From Eledone cirrhosa (Eukaryota): a DNA stretch of 64,000 nt. The notes under the pieces were generated by a model. That model was not told the origin of the DNA. It did no database searches and saw only the letters and a program-made list of their open reading frames with translations. Positions within the stretch are counted from its first letter, which is position 1. Each line of letters opens with the position of its first letter. Positions 13,691 to 27,389 of the stretch are shown here, piece by piece. The position numbers and the translations under genes were made by a program. The DNA is taken from the NCBI GenBank assembly GCA_964016885.1, contig OZ024757.1, positions 27,404,001 through 27,468,000 on the forward strand. Direction: 5' to 3'.

Positions 13691-14022
13691 TAGAAGCCTT
13701 TATAATCCACAAGGTCGTGATTTAACACAAACTTGGCTACGATTTCTATCAAGGTCAAGCAACAACATAGAGGTATCCTGTAGGCATGTTTTAAAAATGG
13801 CTGCCATCTCTTGTTCCTCATTTCCTTTCCTCTCTCCCTCCCACAACCGTGGCCACCACTACCTACCATTAACATCACCACCACCATACCACCGCCGCCG
13901 CCACCACTACCCCCATACCACCGCCGCCACCACAACCACCACCACTACAATCACCGCCACCGCCACTACCACCACCACTACCACCACCACAAAAATGGGA
14001 CATTACAAGATGTGACGGCGGG

Positions 14023-15105
14023 TTTTTTTTTACATAAAAATCATATAACTTTAACATTAATAAATAACAATAAACTATATGTAATAAAATAACAATTGAA
14101 ATCTCCAACAGGGATTTATACCCCGTGGATAGAACAACCCTCAACACCAGGAACACGTTCTGTAGGTGTTCCTGTCTTCCCTCTGTTTATCTTCCGCAAC
14201 CTACAGGTTTATATACAGAGAAGGCCCATTCCCCCAGGCCATTTTCGCCACATTCACCCACCTTTCAGCGAATTTACTGGGGTGTAGCACCAGGGCCGTC
14301 TTAACAGCATTATAGCCCCCCCCCCCCCCCGGGCAAAGCAGAGCACTGGGGCTCCTACCAACACAACCACTCACAGGAATGCAAATGGGCCCCCAGGCAA
14401 CTGCCCAGCGTGCCCATGCGTTAAGACGGCCCTGTGTAGCACCTCTCTCTCCACTCTCACCTTCCTTCTGAAGTGGTACTTAAAGAAGGGGATAAGTTGT
14501 TGTCCGGAGAGAAAGATGTTTGCCCTCAGTCCTTTTAACCTCGTCCACCATATTAGCTCTTTCGCCATAGCCACCAGGCAGAGGAAAACCTCCTCTCCTT
14601 CATTCTTAACTGAAGGCGGCGGAGTGATCCTCACGATGGACTCGGCTGACAACTGGATGCGTCCCACACGTGACAGTAGCTGTTCGACATAATTCCACAG
14701 GTCGGTCACCCCTGGGCACTGAACAATTGCGTGCAGAACGGTTTCGATGTCCTGCTCGCATCTTGGACAGGTCCTTTTGGCAGGATCTCTGCCAGGGCGT
14801 CCGTGCCTGTAGATTTTGTCTCGAACTGGTAGAGCTCCTCGGTAGCACTGCCAGGCCAGAGACCTCTGGAAGTTATCCATAGGCCCTGCACGGAAAGTCT
14901 TCCCGAACAGACTGGTCAGTTCGTCGTCCTCGATACCTAGAGTTTCCCCGAGAAAGTCGTCGCACTTATCCTCTACTAATCCCCTAAAGAATGTCGAAGT
15001 GGAGTCTCCGCTGATTGCCGTTTTCGCTTGGTAGAAGGCTGTGTGCGCCTGAACGCACTCGAGGTGCCAGGCACCCATTTTCGATCTTCGCTTGACCCAG
15101 GACTG
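14023..15105 (-). mobile_element. Tx1/L1-clade LINE 3' fragment (zf-RVT domain), interrupted by a MITE
   Basis: FQRSLAWQCYRGALPVRDK..CPRC..ETVLHAIVQC. The frame resumes past the MITE (VLHPSKFAERWVNVAKMA..L*, stop 14201-14203), with an A-rich tail at ~14023. Confidence 0.85.
14291..14434. mobile_element. hAT-type MITE, 144 bp, 15-bp TIR, perfect 8-bp TSD tgtagcac
   Basis: cagggccgtcttaac...gttaagacggccctg; TSD at 14283-14290 and 14435-14442. Confidence 0.92.
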
Positions 15106-15146
15106 GTAGGTAGATAGATAGATAGATAGGTAGGTAGATAGGTAAC

Positions 15147-16280
15147 TTTCTTTTTACTTGCCACCAGGGCATCAAAGAGTGGGACAAGTACAATGGGTGG
15201 AGTTTACATAAAAGGCGTCCTCAATAAGGAGGAGGCAATAACAAAATATAAAAATATAAAATATAACAAAAATAAATTGAATAACAAAATCCTCAATAGG
15301 GAGGAGGCACCTTGGGGAGTCCCCCCCCCCCCCCCCGAAAAAAGTGTGCAACTCTTCCCCTCAGGAGCACAGCGAGAGGGTGCTCCCTTGATCTTTCATC
15401 TTCTCACCAACAGTCTGATGTAGATTGAAGGCCCGTTCTCACGGGCCATTCTCGCCACTTTCACCCATCTTTCATAAAAACGGCTGGGGTGGAGCACCTC
15501 TCTCTCCATCCTGATCCTTCTTCCGAAATGATATCGCAAGAAACGGACCAGTTGTTGGCCAAAGAGAAAGGTGTCTGACCTCAGTCCTTTCAGACGCGTC
15601 CACCATACAACCTCTTTCACCATGGCTATTACACACAGAAACACCGCCTCTCCTTCGTTTTTGAAGAGAGGAGGCGGCTTGATCGTTACAATAGACTCGG
15701 TGGTCAACCGGATCGGTCCCACCCGTGACAGCAGTCGTTCGACATAGCCCCACAGATCGACAATGCCCGAGCAGTGTACCAATGCGTGTGAAACGGTTTC
15801 CTCGTCGCACACGCACCTGGGACAGATCTTTTTCGAGGAGTCCCTACCCGGGCGCCCGTGTCTGTAGAGCCTTTCTCGAACGGGCAGAGCTCCTCGGTAG
15901 CACTGCCAGGCCAGGGACCTCTGGAAGTTATCCATAGGTCCCGGGCTGAATGTCCTACCGAACAGGTTGGCCAGTTCGTTTTCCTCCATGCCTAGGGCTT
16001 CTCCGAGGGCGTCGTCGCACCTGCTAACCACCAGCCCTCTATAGAATGACGAGGTGGATTCTCCACTGACAGCCGGGTCCGCCTGCCAGAGAGCCGTGAG
16101 CGCCTGGGCACACTCGGTGTGCCAGGCGCCCAGTTTTCTCAGTCTTTGCTTGACCCAGGATTGCAGCTCTGTGAGCGAGACGAGTCTGGGAAAGGCTCGC
16201 CTCACAAACGGGGCCCACACCGGTTGACCGGTGAGGAATACCTGGAGGTGCCGTAGCCTTAATGCGTGTTTACGCATCAT
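15147..16280 (-). mobile_element. Second, diverged Tx1/L1-clade LINE 3' fragment
   Basis: The ORF 15396-~16280 has the same zf-RVT motifs (CPRC..ETVSHALVHC) and is collinear with the adjacent copy. Confidence 0.85.
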
Positions 16281-16629
16281 CAGATACACAAACATACATG
16301 CTGATACAAAGACAGGTAGACAGATAGATACACAAACAGACACACATGCAAATACATATACAGACAAATAGACATAAAGAAAGACAGGCAAAGAAACAGA
16401 TACACAGACATAAAGACATACATATAAGAGAAAAATGGATATTTCTATTTGTGTCTGTGTATATGTGTATGTATGAGAGTGTGAGTGAATGCATAAGTGT
16501 AACTATATGCGCGCACACACACACATATATATAAATATATATATATATATTTATACACATACATACATATAAATATGTATGCGTATTTGTGAAAATGTTT
16601 ATATGCAGATGTGCGTGAGTGCATATGTA

Positions 16630-16709
<80 letters not shown>

Positions 16710-17813
16710 GTAGTGTGTGTGTATGTGTATGCTTTGAGGCCTTGCAGAGGGAAGCTTTCTCAGCCAGAGACCACTATACAACATGATGCTATCTGCCTGC
16801 TACAGCTGTAAATCCAATGAGAATAGTTCCCTGCCACAGGTGAAAAAGCAGCAGACTCAATTTTGTAATCTTCTGCAACAGTTGATTGCAAATCCAGAAT
16901 TGTCTTCCACTGTCAAACCTCGGGGTACAAAACCAACAGTGTGGCGTTTTTGTCGCTCTATTTGTTGCTGTTGTTGTTATTGCTGTTATTTTTAGTGTTG
17001 TCTTTGTCATTTTTTTAATGATTTTTATTTTATTTTATTTTATTTTATTTTTAATTTCAAATAAGTTTCTTAATAATATTAGAATCGTTCGCGGGAGTCC
17101 AGCAACGTACAATTTATTATAACAACTAAAACAAGCAATAAAAAAAGATACAACACCAAAAATAATAACAACAACAACAACAACAACAACAACACTAACA
17201 AAATCAGAAACAACAGCTGTATTTTATAATTACAGCAAAGAAAAGAAAAACAGAATAACAGAAAAAAAACAAAAAAAAAGGCAGCAACAATTATTATTTC
17301 GTCCGTCTTCCATAGAGCCACGATATACCATCCGTACAGCCACCCGTACAGCTAAATATGACATCCACCCATACATGCAACTACCCATACATTCAAACAT
17401 ACGTAGATTTAGATACAACATCCATACAAACATAAGATGGACGGGAGAGTGAATTTTGAAGGTAGTAACACGGAACTCGGAGTAACTAACAATGGTGGTG
17501 TTTTACTTCCTATTGGCAGAATCGGTGGAGCATCGAATTTGCAGTATTTGGTTATTATGGTTATTTCCATTCTGAGTTCAAATCCGGCCGAGGTAAACAT
17601 TGCCTTTAATCCTTCCAGGGTCGCTAAACTAAAGTACCAGTTAAGTACTGGGGGAGAATGGAGGTGGGGGGCAATTTAATTAACTTCCCCTCCCTCCAAA
17701 CTGATGACCTTGTAATTAATTTAGAAATCATTATCTTCATTAACTCCATTTTATGCATTGTGTATTTTCCCTTCTATTTTTACCCTCACCCCCACCCACC
17801 CTCCGTATATACG

Positions 17814-17890
17814 CAGGGTGTCCCCAAAAAATGCATACACACTTTGATTAAAATGCTGTTGAAGTGTGTATACATTATTTTGGGACACCC

Positions 17891-17892
<2 letters not shown>
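17814..17892. mobile_element. Tc1/mariner-type mini-MITE (~80 bp); second copy at ~52992-53068
   Basis: cagggtgtcccc..aaaa...ttttgggacaccctg followed by TA. Confidence 0.75.
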
Positions 17893-17954
<62 letters not shown>

Positions 17955-18004
17955 TGTGTGTGTGTGTGTGTGTATATATATACATAAATATATGTATACA
18001 TAAA

Positions 18005-18083
<79 letters not shown>

Positions 18084-18186
18084 ATGCATGTGTATATATT
18101 TATATACGTATATATGTATATATATATATATATATTTTTTTTTTTTTCCAACTACTTCTTTCCTGTTTTTATATTTGAAAACGAAG

Positions 18187-18247
<61 letters not shown>

Positions 18248-18617
18248 CATATACATACACACATACATAAATATACACACACAAACACACACACACCGAG
18301 TGTCATAATATAGCTTGTGTTAAGTGTTTTATATCTCCCGCTATGGGAAATAATTGAATAGTGATTGCTGTACTACATAAGAAATATAGATCAACAACAA
18401 CAACAACAACAACAAGAGCAGCAACAGCAACCCCACCACCGCCACAGTTAAAGGACTACGGTGGTGGCGGTGTCATAGTTGCATATATCAACTGCACACA
18501 TTCGCTGCATATAAACATCAAATAATTTATTATAATTCTGACGATAGGATAACTTTTCTTTTACTCTTCGACGGTTATTCATAAGAAAATTTACATTAAT
18601 TTAAGAATTCTTTCACA

Positions 18618-19015
18618 CTTTGGCACAAGGCCACCAATTTGGGTAAGGGGGAGGAGAGGCGGGTGAAATCAATTATATCAATCCCAGTATCTAACTGGTA
18701 CTTTATTTTATCGCACTCGGAAGAATGAAAGGCAAGGTTGATCTCGGTGGGATTTGATCTCAGAACCTAGACAGTCGTAACTAAATATCACGCAAATTAT
18801 TTTGTCCGACGCTCTACCGATGCAGCCAATCCACCACATTGAAGAGAAGGAAAAGTCGATTATATCGACCCCAGTACTAAACTGGTACTTAATTTTATAT
18901 CGAACCTGAGAGGATGAAAGGCAAAATTGACATCGGTGGGATTTGACCTCAGAACATAGAAGGCTATAATGAAATACTGCAATGCATTTCATCCGATGCA
19001 CTACTGATTCTGCCA
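18618..19015 (-). mobile_element. Two tandem SINEs
   Basis: SINE consensus, reverse strand. Confidence 0.8.
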
Positions 19016-19079
19016 GATGACAGTAGCAATGTAGGCATTCGCCATCTCTGCCCGATCTTTCAGTGATAGCATCTTCTCG

Positions 19080-19350
19080 CAGACCTGCTAACCTCTAAAA
19101 GCCCAAATGGGGAGTACCATGAAATATGTGCTGGAAAGAAAAGTCCTGTTATTGCCAATATCAAGCCTGCCAGCCTCTAAAAACCCAAACGGGGAGTACC
19201 ATGAAAAAAAGTGACCCAAAATGGCGAGAAATAAGGCAAAATGGGGAGATTTTACATAATGAAAGCTATACCCATTTTCACAAGAAAAGACATGTCTCTC
19301 CCACCCCAAAGTGGGTGGGAGATCTCCCCGTCGGAGAGTTGACAGGTATG
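19080..19350 (+). mobile_element. MITE family (TIR cagacctgc..ctct / agagttgacaggtctg); copies at 22852-23035 (-), 38843-39105 (+) and a fragment at ~38510-38550
   Basis: Shared internal sequence ggggagattttacataatgaaagctatacccattttcac. Confidence 0.75.
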
Positions 19351-19566
19351 CAATATGTAACATTTAACTGGGAGAAGTGGAAGTGCATAGCACCCAGAAC
19401 TAAGAAATAAGGGCGAAGGGCCTTTGAACAGAACCCCTAATAAAATCCAATTCTCTAGATACTTACCAACCCTACTGGCCCCCTCCAAAGAAAAAAAGCA
19501 ATGAGCTAGGGTTTGGGCAAATGACTGCAGAAAATTAGGAGGCTAGGAAGAAACAATCAATCACGT

Positions 19567-19603
<37 letters not shown>

Positions 19604-19632
19604 ATATATGCGTGTCTGTATGGATGTGTGTG

Positions 19633-19701
<69 letters not shown>

Positions 19702-19855
19702 GTACGTATGCATACGTGTGTGTGTATATATGTCTGTGCGTGTATATATATGTGTGTGAGTGTATATATATGTGTGTGTATGTGTGCGTGTATATACGTG
19801 TGTCTGTATGCATATATGTGTGTGCGTATATACATATGTATGTGTGTGTGTTTGT

Positions 19856-19977
<122 letters not shown>

Positions 19978-20469
19978 AACGTTTTAGAACTGTCTAGCTT
20001 TAGCTAAAATGCTTCTCTTTCTCTCTCACTTCTATCCGAGAGAGGAGGGGAGATAAATAAATAGATAGATAGAAGGGTAGGTAGATAAAAAGGAGGGTTA
20101 GAGGGAAAGAAAGAGCGTGAAAGGGGCTTGTATTAGACAATATAAGAGTGTAAGCTGTGCACTAGCTGACCGGTGACGTAAGTGAGCGAATTACACCCTT
20201 ATACAAGTTCCGGTAGATTCCCCGACCACCAAGCCAACCCCCAAACCCCATGAAACTCTCAGTGGGACACTGGAACATGAAATACTAGACATTTTAGAGT
20301 AGGGATCAGCAACTTCGTTTTCTAATAAGCCACTTTTGTTTTGTTTGTGCTTTTTTTTGTGCCCATAGTTCTCAAGAAAATATCATATTTTAAATACATT
20401 TGAAAATATCCCAATCACACAGAGAACACTTCAATTGCCCATTTTTGATTTTTGTTTCGTCTTTTCTGT

Positions 20470-20970
20470 GACCCACGTGTATATTATATCATATCTTATA
20501 TATAAATAATAAAAAAAAAAAAAATCCCAGGCCCACATATATATTATATCATATCTCACATATAAATATTTGAAAAACTCCCATGCCCACATATATATTA
20601 TATCATATCTCACATATAAATATTTGAAAAACTTCCAAGCCACATGTATATTATATCAGATCTCACATATAAATATTTGAAAAACTTCCAGGACCACATG
20701 TATATCATATCTCACATATAAATATTCGAAAGTGTCCCAGGCTCACAAAGAACACCACAATGGCCCACACGTACGTTATATCATATTTCACATATAAATA
20801 TTTGAAAAAGTCCCAGGCCCACATGTATATTATATCATACCATACATATAAATATTTGAAAGAAGTCCTAGACATTACAGAGAATACCTCAATGGCGCAC
20901 ATTTATATTATATCATATCTTTCATATAATATTTGAAATATTTTGAGGCTCACAAAGAATACCCCAATGG
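20470..20970. repeat. ~57-bp minisatellite
   Basis: cccacatRtatattatatcatatctcacatataaatatttgaaaa repeated. Confidence 0.9.
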
Positions 20971-21079
20971 CCCACCTTTGCACTAAACACAAGAAGACTG
21001 GGCCACGAAACACTAGATGACTTTAAATGTGCCATATGAAACTTTCATTATGTTTCTTAACCTTTTGTGGAAGAGGAAA

Positions 21080-21500
21080 ATAGTTCAACAGATGTGGGTA
21101 TTTTGTAGAAGAGGAAAAGCGTTCAAAAGATGTGGGTATTTTGTGGGAGAGGAAGAGAGTTCAAAAGATGTGGGTATTTTGTGGGAAAGGACAAGAGTTC
21201 AACAGATGTGAGTTGTTTGTGGGTGAGGAAAAGAGTCAAACAGATGTGGGTATTTCGCGGGAGAGAGAAAAAGTTCGATAGATGTGGGTCTTTTGAGGGA
21301 GCGGAAAAAGAGTTCAACAGATGTGGGTCTTTTGTGGGTGAGGAAGAGAGTTCAACAGATATGGGTCTTTTGTGGGAGCGGAAGAGTTCAACAGATGTGA
21401 GTCTTTCGTGGAGGAGGAAAAAGAGTTGAACAGATGTGGGTATTTTGTGAAAGAGGACAACAGTTGAACAGATGACGGTCTTTTGTGGGAGAGGAAAAAA
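21080..21500. repeat. ~36-bp minisatellite
   Basis: agagttcaacagatgtgggtMttttgtggg repeated. Confidence 0.9.
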
Positions 21501-22002
21501 AGAGTGGGTTTTTTGAGGGGTGTGGTAGAAACAGTTCAGTTTGTGTGGATCATTAAATGTCAGTGTAGATTCTTGATAAGCAAGTGTGAAAAGGAGAAGA
21601 AAGCAAACAATGCATGAATTACTTAGAGGTGCCATCTGCGTGAAAATCAAAAAGTTAAGTATCAGGTGAACATATGTAATACAAAACATTAAGAAAAATC
21701 TAATTAGAAATATATTTAAATGTGATGAATAAAAAAGTAATATTACCTCTCGTTTTTCTTTTATCATCGCAGAGGGAGGGGGTGAGAAAAGGAAGAAAGG
21801 ATTGTATTGGAAACTATAAGAGTGTAAGCTCTGCACTAGCAGACCAGTGACGTAGATGAAAGAGTTACACCCTCACAACTTCCGGTAGCGTCCGTACCCA
21901 CCACCGCCACCACCACACCGAAACCCACACACAACTGTCAATGGATAGAAAAACAAAGCAACTACTTTTTTTTTTGGGGGGGGGGGGGTAATTTAATTGT
22001 TT

Positions 22003-22580
22003 TTACTTTTGGCACAAGGCCAGCAATTATCTTAGCACATTACTGGTACTTTATTTTATCGACCCCGTAAGGATGAAAGGCAAAGTTAACTTCGGCAGGA
22101 TTTGAACTGAGAGTGTAAAGGGCCGTAACTCTATGCTGCAAAGCATGGCGTCCAACCTTCTACCTTTTTGATAATTTAATGACATTCAATATGATTCTTA
22201 CTATCAAAAATTCAAATTTCATTCTCATCCCCACTGATATCTTTCTTATTTTTTGTAGAAGTTTCAGTCGCCATGCAACAGAGCTTCGCTTTGAGTCGTC
22301 CTTCAGCATAGCTTCACTTGAGTCGTACTTCAACATAGCTTCACTTGAGTCGTCCTTCAACATAGCTTCACTTAAGTCGTACTTCAACACAGCTTCACTT
22401 GAGTCTTACTTCTGTCCTTCAACACAACTTCCCTTAAGTCGTACTTCAACATAACTTCACTTGAGTTCAAATCCCGCCGAGGTTAACTTCGCCTTTCATC
22501 CTTACGGGATCGATAAAATAAAGTACCAGTAATGTATTGAGATAATTGCTGGCCTTGTGCCAAAAGTAGAAACAATTATT
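22003..22580. mobile_element. Divergent SINE pair (22003-22165 -, 22462-22580 +) around a 21-bp minisatellite
   Basis: SINE consensus on opposite strands; unit ttgagtcgtMcttcaacatagcttcac-like at 22290-22462. Confidence 0.8.
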
Positions 22581-23654
22581 CTTTATGTCTCGCTGAAGAA
22601 GCATGTGTTGTTAAATCGATTTTGGAAGTTCGGATTCAACACAGTATAATTTACATATAACTTTATTACTATCGTATTTTACTTCCTAATTCAACTTGAA
22701 AATTGTGGATCAGTTAACCAGGATTTAGTATTTAGAACACTTTTTAACATACTTTGACCACTTGTATATTGTATAAATGGAAATGCTTTTGGAATAATCG
22801 AGTTTTTTAAGAACTTACATTGATTATTCAAAGTTTGATTATCCTTAAGCCAAACCTGTCAACTCTATCTGCCCGACGGGTAGATCTCCCACCCACATGA
22901 GAGATGTCTTCTCTTGTGAAAATGGGTATAGCTTTCATTATGTAAAATCTCCCCATTTTGCCCAGTTTCTCCCCGTTTTGGGGCACTTTTTTTCATGGTA
23001 CTTCTCATTTGGGATTTTAGAGATTGGGTGGTCTGCTTTAGCATAAGGTATGACTTTTAGTTTATGAAAACATGTGCGGTCCCATATATTTAAGGATTAC
23101 CAGACCTCGGTCACATATCGGAGTAATTGTTGCCAACATGTTTGGATTCGTATCAATATCGGTAGAGGGTTGGACAACGTGCTATGTAGCATAAAGTTAC
23201 GGCCCTTTACGGTCTGATTTCAAATCCCGCCGAGGATAACTTTGCTTTTCATCCTTACAGGGTCGATAAAATAAAATACCAGTAATGCACTGGGATAATT
23301 GCTGACCTTGTGCCAAATGTAGAATCAATTATTATATCAGTTTACCTACACACAGTCGCTCGAAATGCTAAAGATAGCAGTCAAATATCTTTCAATTCAA
23401 CATTCTACCATCTATAAATTTAACTGATTTACCAAATATCATTACTATATTTTCAAAATCAAAACAGAAAAGTAGCGGATATTAGACAAAAATATTTTCA
23501 GTAGCCCCCATTTTAGCAAATACCTGATGATTTCAACCAAACGAAATTATGTTAGAGACGTAGAAGTCATATTTCTGTACCCTTTTTACTTAATGTATTG
23601 TGCACATTATTTAATGCGATGGTTGTGATAATGCTGTTAGTGGTAGTAGTGGTT

Positions 23655-24980
23655 TCTGATGGTAGCTGTAGTGATAGTTGTGGCGGTGATAGTAGTGGTG
23701 GTTGCAGTGGTGGTGTGGGTGGTGATGGTAACTGTAGTGATAGTTGTGATGGTAGTGGTGGTTGCAGTGGTGGTGTGGGTGGTGATGGTAGCTGTAGTGA
23801 TAGATGTGATGGTAGTGGTGGTTGCAGTGGTGGTGTGGGTGGTGATGGTAGCTGTCGTGATAGTTGTGATGGTAGTGGTGGTTGCAGTGGTGGTGTGGGT
23901 GGTGATGGTAGCTGTCGTGATAGATGTGATGGTAGTGGTGGTTGCAGTGGTGGTGTGGGTGGTGATGGTAGCTGTAGTGATAGATGTGATGGTAGTGGTG
24001 GTTGCAGTGGTGGTGTGGGTGGTGATGGTAGCTGTAGTGATAGATGTGATGGTAGTGGTGGTTGCAGTGGTGGTGTGGGTGGTGATGGTAGCTGTCGTGA
24101 TAGTTGTGATGGTAGTGGTGGTTGCAGTGGTGGTGTGGGTGGTGATGGTAGCTGTAGTGATAGATGTGATGGTAGTGGTGGTTGCAGTGGTGGTGTGGGT
24201 GGTGATGGTAGCTGTAGTGATAGATGTGATGGTAGTGGTGGTTGCAGTGGTGGTGTGGGTGGTGATGGTAGCTGTAGTGATAGTTGTGATGGTAGTGGTG
24301 GTTGCAGTGGTGGTGTGGGTGGTGATGGTAGCTGTAGTGATAGTTGTGATGGTAGTGGTGGTTGCAGTGGTGGTGTGGGTGGTAATGGTAGCTGTAGTGA
24401 TCGATGTGATGGTAGTGGTGGTTGCAGTGGTGGTGTGGGTGGTGATGGTAGCTGTCGTGATAGTTGTGATGGTAGTGGTGGTTGCAGTGGTGGTGTGGGT
24501 GGTGATGGTAGCTGTAGTGATAGATGTGATGGTAGTGGTGGTTGCAGTGGTGGTGTGGGTGGTGATGGTAGCTGTAGTGATAGATGTGATGGTAGTGGTG
24601 GTTGCAGTGGTGGTGTGGGTGGTGATGGTAGCTGTAGTGATAGATATGATGGTAGTGGTGGTTGCAGTGGTGGTGTGGGTGGTAATGGTAGCTGTAGTGA
24701 TAGTTGTGATGGTAGTGGTGGTTGCAGTGGTGGTGTGGGTGGTGATGGTAGCTGTAGTGATAGTTGTGATGGTAGTGGTGGTTGCAGTGGTGGTGTGGGT
24801 GGTGATGGTAGGTGTAGTGATAATTGTGATGTAGTGGTGATGGTAGCTGTAGTGATAGTTGTGATGTAGTGGTGGTTGCAGTGGTGGTGTGGGTGGTGAT
24901 GGTAGGTGTAGTGATAGTTGTGATGTAGTGGTGGTTGCAGTGGTGGTGTGGGTGGTGATGGTAGCTGTAGTGATAGTTGT
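23655..24980. repeat. Highly homogeneous 60-bp minisatellite (~19 full units plus degenerate end)
   Basis: Consecutive 60-nt lines are identical apart from a few variant sites. Confidence 0.97.
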
Positions 24981-26116
24981 GGCGATGATGGTAGTGATGG
25001 TTGCAGTGGTGGTGGCGATGGGGGTGGTGCGTTCGCCTATAGTGGTCAGTACCACAACGGTGTGCAGCATATTCACTGTTAGAATTCACAGCACACGTGG
25101 TCACGGTTTCTTGCCACGTGATTGGGCAGTTGATTCGTCCCACGCGCATGCACAATCCAAACACCCGCGCGCGGACACAAACATACTCGCAAACAAACAC
25201 ACACACACACACACAAACAAATATACACTCACATACAAACACATACTCACAAACAAAGACAGACTCACACACACACACAAACAAATATACACTCACATAC
25301 AATCACATACTCACAAACAAAGACACACACACACACAAACAAATAAATATACACTCACATACAAACATACTCGCAAACATACACACACAAACACACAATA
25401 TCCAAATATATATTTCGGTAGTTTCCCCCACCTCCATCGACTCCACAGAACACATGTCCCTTCCAACTCTGCTTAAGCTATCTATAGTCACCACCACCAC
25501 CATCATCACCACTACCACGACCACCACTACCATCAGCACCACCACCACCACCATCAGCACCACCACTACCACTACCAGTACCAGCACCACCACTATGACG
25601 ACGACCACCACCACCACTACCAGCACCACCCCGATGACCAACACGACGACGACGACCACCACCGTCACCACGATGACCATCACCACCACCTCTTCTGGAC
25701 ACCTACTCCAAGATAAAGGGCGTAGTCACGGTCCTTTTCCATGTGATATTCCCTCCATTCATAGATTCAGAAGAGTGACGTCAGTATGACCACTCAATAC
25801 TATTGGTCAATGAAACCAGCCGTTATACACCACCGTAGCATTCATTCATTGAGTAGAACACATTACTATAGCCTCGGGTCCCTCAAAGCCTTGTAACTGA
25901 AATTGGGCTGATGGGAATGATGTAGAAGTTCAGTATAAGCTATTTCTGTTCAGTGCATTGAGGCACGCACACAGACACACACAGACACACACACACACAC
26001 ACACAGAGAGAAACATGCACGCACACACATACACACACACACACACACATACACACAGAAACATGCACGCACACACATACACACACACACACACAGAAAC
26101 ATGCACGCACACACAT

Positions 26117-26149
<33 letters not shown>

Positions 26150-26366
26150 CATTCAGTTATCCATTCACGCACACATATATTCACATACTCAAACACACAC
26201 ATGTATATGCATATATAAACACACACACACACATACATATATATATATAGATCAATACATGCATACATACACACATACATATATATAGATAGATACATAC
26301 ATGCATGTATACTAACACACACACACACATATATACATTTATGCATATACGCACACACATATATAG

Positions 26367-26412
<46 letters not shown>

Positions 26413-26730
26413 TCATCCAAACACGCACACATATATAGATACATACACACACACACACACACACATTATATATGTATATAATATACATAATAACATTGTC
26501 GGGGGGGGGGGGTGCATCGAAGGCCGAACACGATAAATTCTTAACTTATCAACATTTTCATTGCGGGCAAAGAGGGTTAACAAAACCTTATCGGTCATTG
26601 TTAGCGACTATGAATGAGAGGGGGAGATAAATGATAAAAAGTAAGAATTCTCAATGAGTTAACTAACATGCTACGAGTAAAAAACTAATACACCTTGGTT
26701 ATTTTTATTTCAGAAAAACAAGCGACAGTC

Positions 26731-26770
26731 TTGGGCACGTGTTTCTGCGGCAGTAGGCGTCGTCAGCGCG
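26731..26770 (-). ncRNA. Degenerate hammerhead
   Basis: Minus strand CTGACGA cgc..gca GAAAC acgt GCC; palindromic loop III, cleavage triplet mutated. Confidence 0.4.
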
Positions 26771-26781
26771 TGTGTATGTGA

Positions 26782-26817
<36 letters not shown>

Positions 26818-26973
26818 AAATGGAGTGGGAATAAGAAGAAAGCAAGAGGGGGGGGGGCCTCAATAGTTGTCGACTGACACTAACTGAATGAGAAGTCCAG
26901 TCAATACTGGTGGGTAGAATGTAAAAAGTTATATATACATATAGAATGTAAACATAATTATATATATCTATAT

Positions 26974-27180
26974 AATACGTAGTTAAGAAAGCCACAACAA
27001 TGCAGAGGGAAATCTCGAGGTAGGAAGTGAATGATAGATAGGAGAAACAGGTGAAAGTGAAAATTGAGGGAGACAATTTGACTCTCTCAATTTTCACTTT
27101 CACCTGTTTCTCCTATCTATCATTCACTTCCTACCTCGAGATTTCCCTCTGCATTGTTGTGGCTTTCTTAACTACGTATT
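26974..27180. repeat. Near-perfect palindrome, 103-bp arms
   Basis: Centre at 27077; mismatches only near the apex. Confidence 0.95.
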
Positions 27181-27389
27181 TTACACATTTCACAATGCTT
27201 CAAGCAAACTTTAACACCCTCTTATCATATATCTATATATAAATTATATTCATATAGAATGTAAAAATAATTATATATATATCGACAGTCGATTGACTTT
27301 CGTCAAATTGGACCGAGGAAACAATGTTTCCATTCCATTAGACTTTCCGATTGCTAATACTATCTATCGGTTTTTCAAAATATCAATTC

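Noticed and set aside
21815-21875. Twister ribozyme-like hairpin (UAA..CUCU..GAUGAAAAGAG)
   Set aside because: Lacks the conserved 3' GAG and pseudoknot elements; folds as a simple hairpin
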